In this document: positions 61,766 through 64,000 of the stretch, one piece after another | Layout: each line of letters starts with the position of its first letter | Numbering within the stretch: the stretch's first letter is position 1 | NCBI GenBank assembly: GCA_964016885.1 | Contig: OZ024754.1 | Coordinates: 1-64,000, forward strand | DNA: 64,000 nucleotides | Reading direction: 5' to 3' | Origin: Eledone cirrhosa | Lineage: Eukaryota | The notes under the pieces: model-generated | Databases searched by the model: none | What the model saw: only the letters and a program-made list of their open reading frames with translations | Told to the model about the DNA's origin: nothing | Translations under genes and position numbers: made by a program

Positions 61766-63904
61766 TTAACAAGATGTGGTGTCATTCATGGCTTTCCTAG
61801 GGCTATTAGTAATATTTAGGGTCGACTTCTGGTCATTATTGAAAGTCTCTGGATTTCGCAAAATACATATTTTTTTTATTGGAGTAGGTAAGATATTTTA
61901 CTGTTTTGTTTCCACTTACGTATTTTTCGAAAATGTTATTTATTCATTATAAAAATTAAATGATAGCATTCTATATGTAGGTGGGCCCCCTTCATCTAGC
62001 AACCAATATTTTTGGACCCAGTCCGCCACTGCATATATATATATATATATATACTGTATATATATACTGTATATATATGTATCATGAAAATGACAAGATG
62101 ATCATAGCTGCAATGATGTCTCAATTAGGTTTGACATAGGCTTTAAACAACTCGAAATTATCACTTTGCTAACACCACCACCGCAACAATCACCACCACC
62201 ACGACCGCCGCCGTCACTACTACTACTACTACTACTACTAATACTAATACTACTACTACCACCACCATGATAGTGAGAAAGGAGTGGAACAGGAAATTAT
62301 GAAGGAAGAACTGGAGCAGAAAAAGAAAGATGGTGATGATGAGGATAATGATGATGATGGTGGTAGTGGTAATGGCGGTTGTGATGATGTGGATGGTGAT
62401 GGTGTTGGTGGCGATAGTTGTAGTGGTGGTAATGGTGATGATGGGGATGGTGATGGAAACGGATTAGCTTTTGGGAATGGCAATATTTCGTGGTGGTGGT
62501 GGTGTATTGGTTGGTGGTGTTGTTGGTTGTGTAGGTGCTGTAGCCTGCAGGGCCAGTGAGGAATATAAAGTATAAATTAAGAATGTGTTGGCAAAGTTGC
62601 CTTAAATCCCCAAAGTGTGACCTAATATCATTAAACAAATTATAGGGGCCTCGATGGTGTGCTGGAACCTAGGTGTTGGTCACCTCATGGTCTCCGGGAC
62701 AGAAATGAGGTAGAGGTTTTTTCAGAGAATAACGAAGGAGGTACGCAGGAACAGTCATTCGACATCACGGGCTCACTACTGACGGTAGCCAACTCCACTC
62801 CAATAGTAGGGAGGTGGCCCGGGGGCCAAAAAACACCCGAAGACTCTACAAATACTTTGACAGCTTATGATCCTCTGCTTGTCGGGCAGCGACATCAGGG
62901 TCAGTCACTGAATGTAGCAGATTGCCGCTGGAAATGGTATCATTGCGATCACAGACGGTGTTGGTTATAAAATGGTAGGGTTAGGTTGTAAGAGCAATAC
63001 CAGTAATATACCGAGACTCAAACCAATCGACCAGCCGTTCTCTTGAAATAAGACATCATGAAAGTCTTAGACAGCCAAGATTAGGTTCTTGTTGTTGCTG
63101 CTGCCGCCGCCGCCGTCGTCGTTGTTGTTGTTGCAGCAGCAGTTATTGCTGTTGTTGCTATTGCTGTCATTGTTGCTGCAGTTATTGCTGTTGATGTTGT
63201 TGTTGTTATTGCTGCTGATGCGTTCTGCTCTTGTTGCTGCTGTTAATACTGTTGTTGTTTACGTTGCTGTCGTAGCTGTTGTTGTTGTTGTTGTTTAGCC
63301 CTTGGTCAGCAAAGCTCAAGTAGATCAATAAACAACGACATTCCAGAAGTGACCACCACGAACAATGAACTTATATTAACCAATATGTATTAGTTTCTCA
63401 AGTGGTATGATTAATGTTCATTTAGCTGCTATTTCTAGTAAGTCTAGCGACTGCATATGGACGCCATTGTCAACTCGTTGGCTCTCTCTCTCTCTCTATG
63501 TAGGGAGAGAGAGAGCGAGCGTTATATTGAACATGGAGAGATGCACGTGAAATATTTGGATCGTGATAATCAATCGGGATGTTTTGGATGGAAACCAAAC
63601 AATTATTGATTTATTGATTAGAATCACGTGATGAAATACCGAACCTCGGCTAAAATATAGATTCCGGGACGTAAACTAATCCTGGGTCCGATATTATTGA
63701 TAGTGTGAATGTAAGGGATAAATATATATATCGAACGCCGAAGACATAGTCAATACCGGAAGTAGAGTATAGAAATTTAATTTGGTCACATGAAGCCATT
63801 TGGTTTCAGCTGACCGAATTAAATTCTCTCGCTCTCTCTGTCTCTCTCTCTCTCTTTCTCTCTCTATCTCTATCTCTATCTATATATATATATATATATA
63901 TATA

Positions 63905-64000
63905 AATTAGCGAGAATCGTATTTCGGCTATTGGAAATTAGCGAAAAACAACTTCCGAGATGTGTGGCAAGCGCTCAATAGATTCTAACGAACCAGAGCT
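63905..64000. repeat. Second copy of the 55806-55900 repeat (cut by window end)
   Basis: Reverse-complement match, following a (TA)n run. Confidence 0.85.

Noticed and set aside
62020-62031. hAT-like terminal sequence AGTCCGCCACTG
   Set aside because: No convincing partner TIR or TSD was found.

Overview
AT-rich, microsatellite-dominated animal genomic DNA, most likely from an octopod cephalopod. That assignment is inferred from many copies of tRNA-derived SINEs resembling the octopus OR-type families. No host protein-coding gene can be supported, and almost all listed ORFs are simple-repeat artefacts. The window holds about 18 copies of one SINE family (four with 12-17 bp TSDs), a second SINE, an old dispersed repeat, a hAT MITE with an 8-bp TSD, an RTE LINE 3' end containing a 16 x 58-bp tandem amplification, decayed Penelope-like (PLE) fragments, several minisatellites and about 9 kb of interrupted (TA)n arrays. 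The most striking unexplained structure is a set of short, mutually unrelated elements, mostly beside (TA)n, that form fold-back inverted repeats and carry type I hammerhead ribozyme (HHR) motifs. Four motifs have canonical cores (5664-5719, 6690-6755, 26944-27001, 27136-27193). A U3-A8 covariant core occurs in two dispersed copies (5946-5983, 49593-49630), and an A15.1G variant lies in a 250-bp inverted repeat (36756-36836). tRNA-like sequences and a SINE head show the same fold-back architecture. All calls were made by eye and no searches were run.
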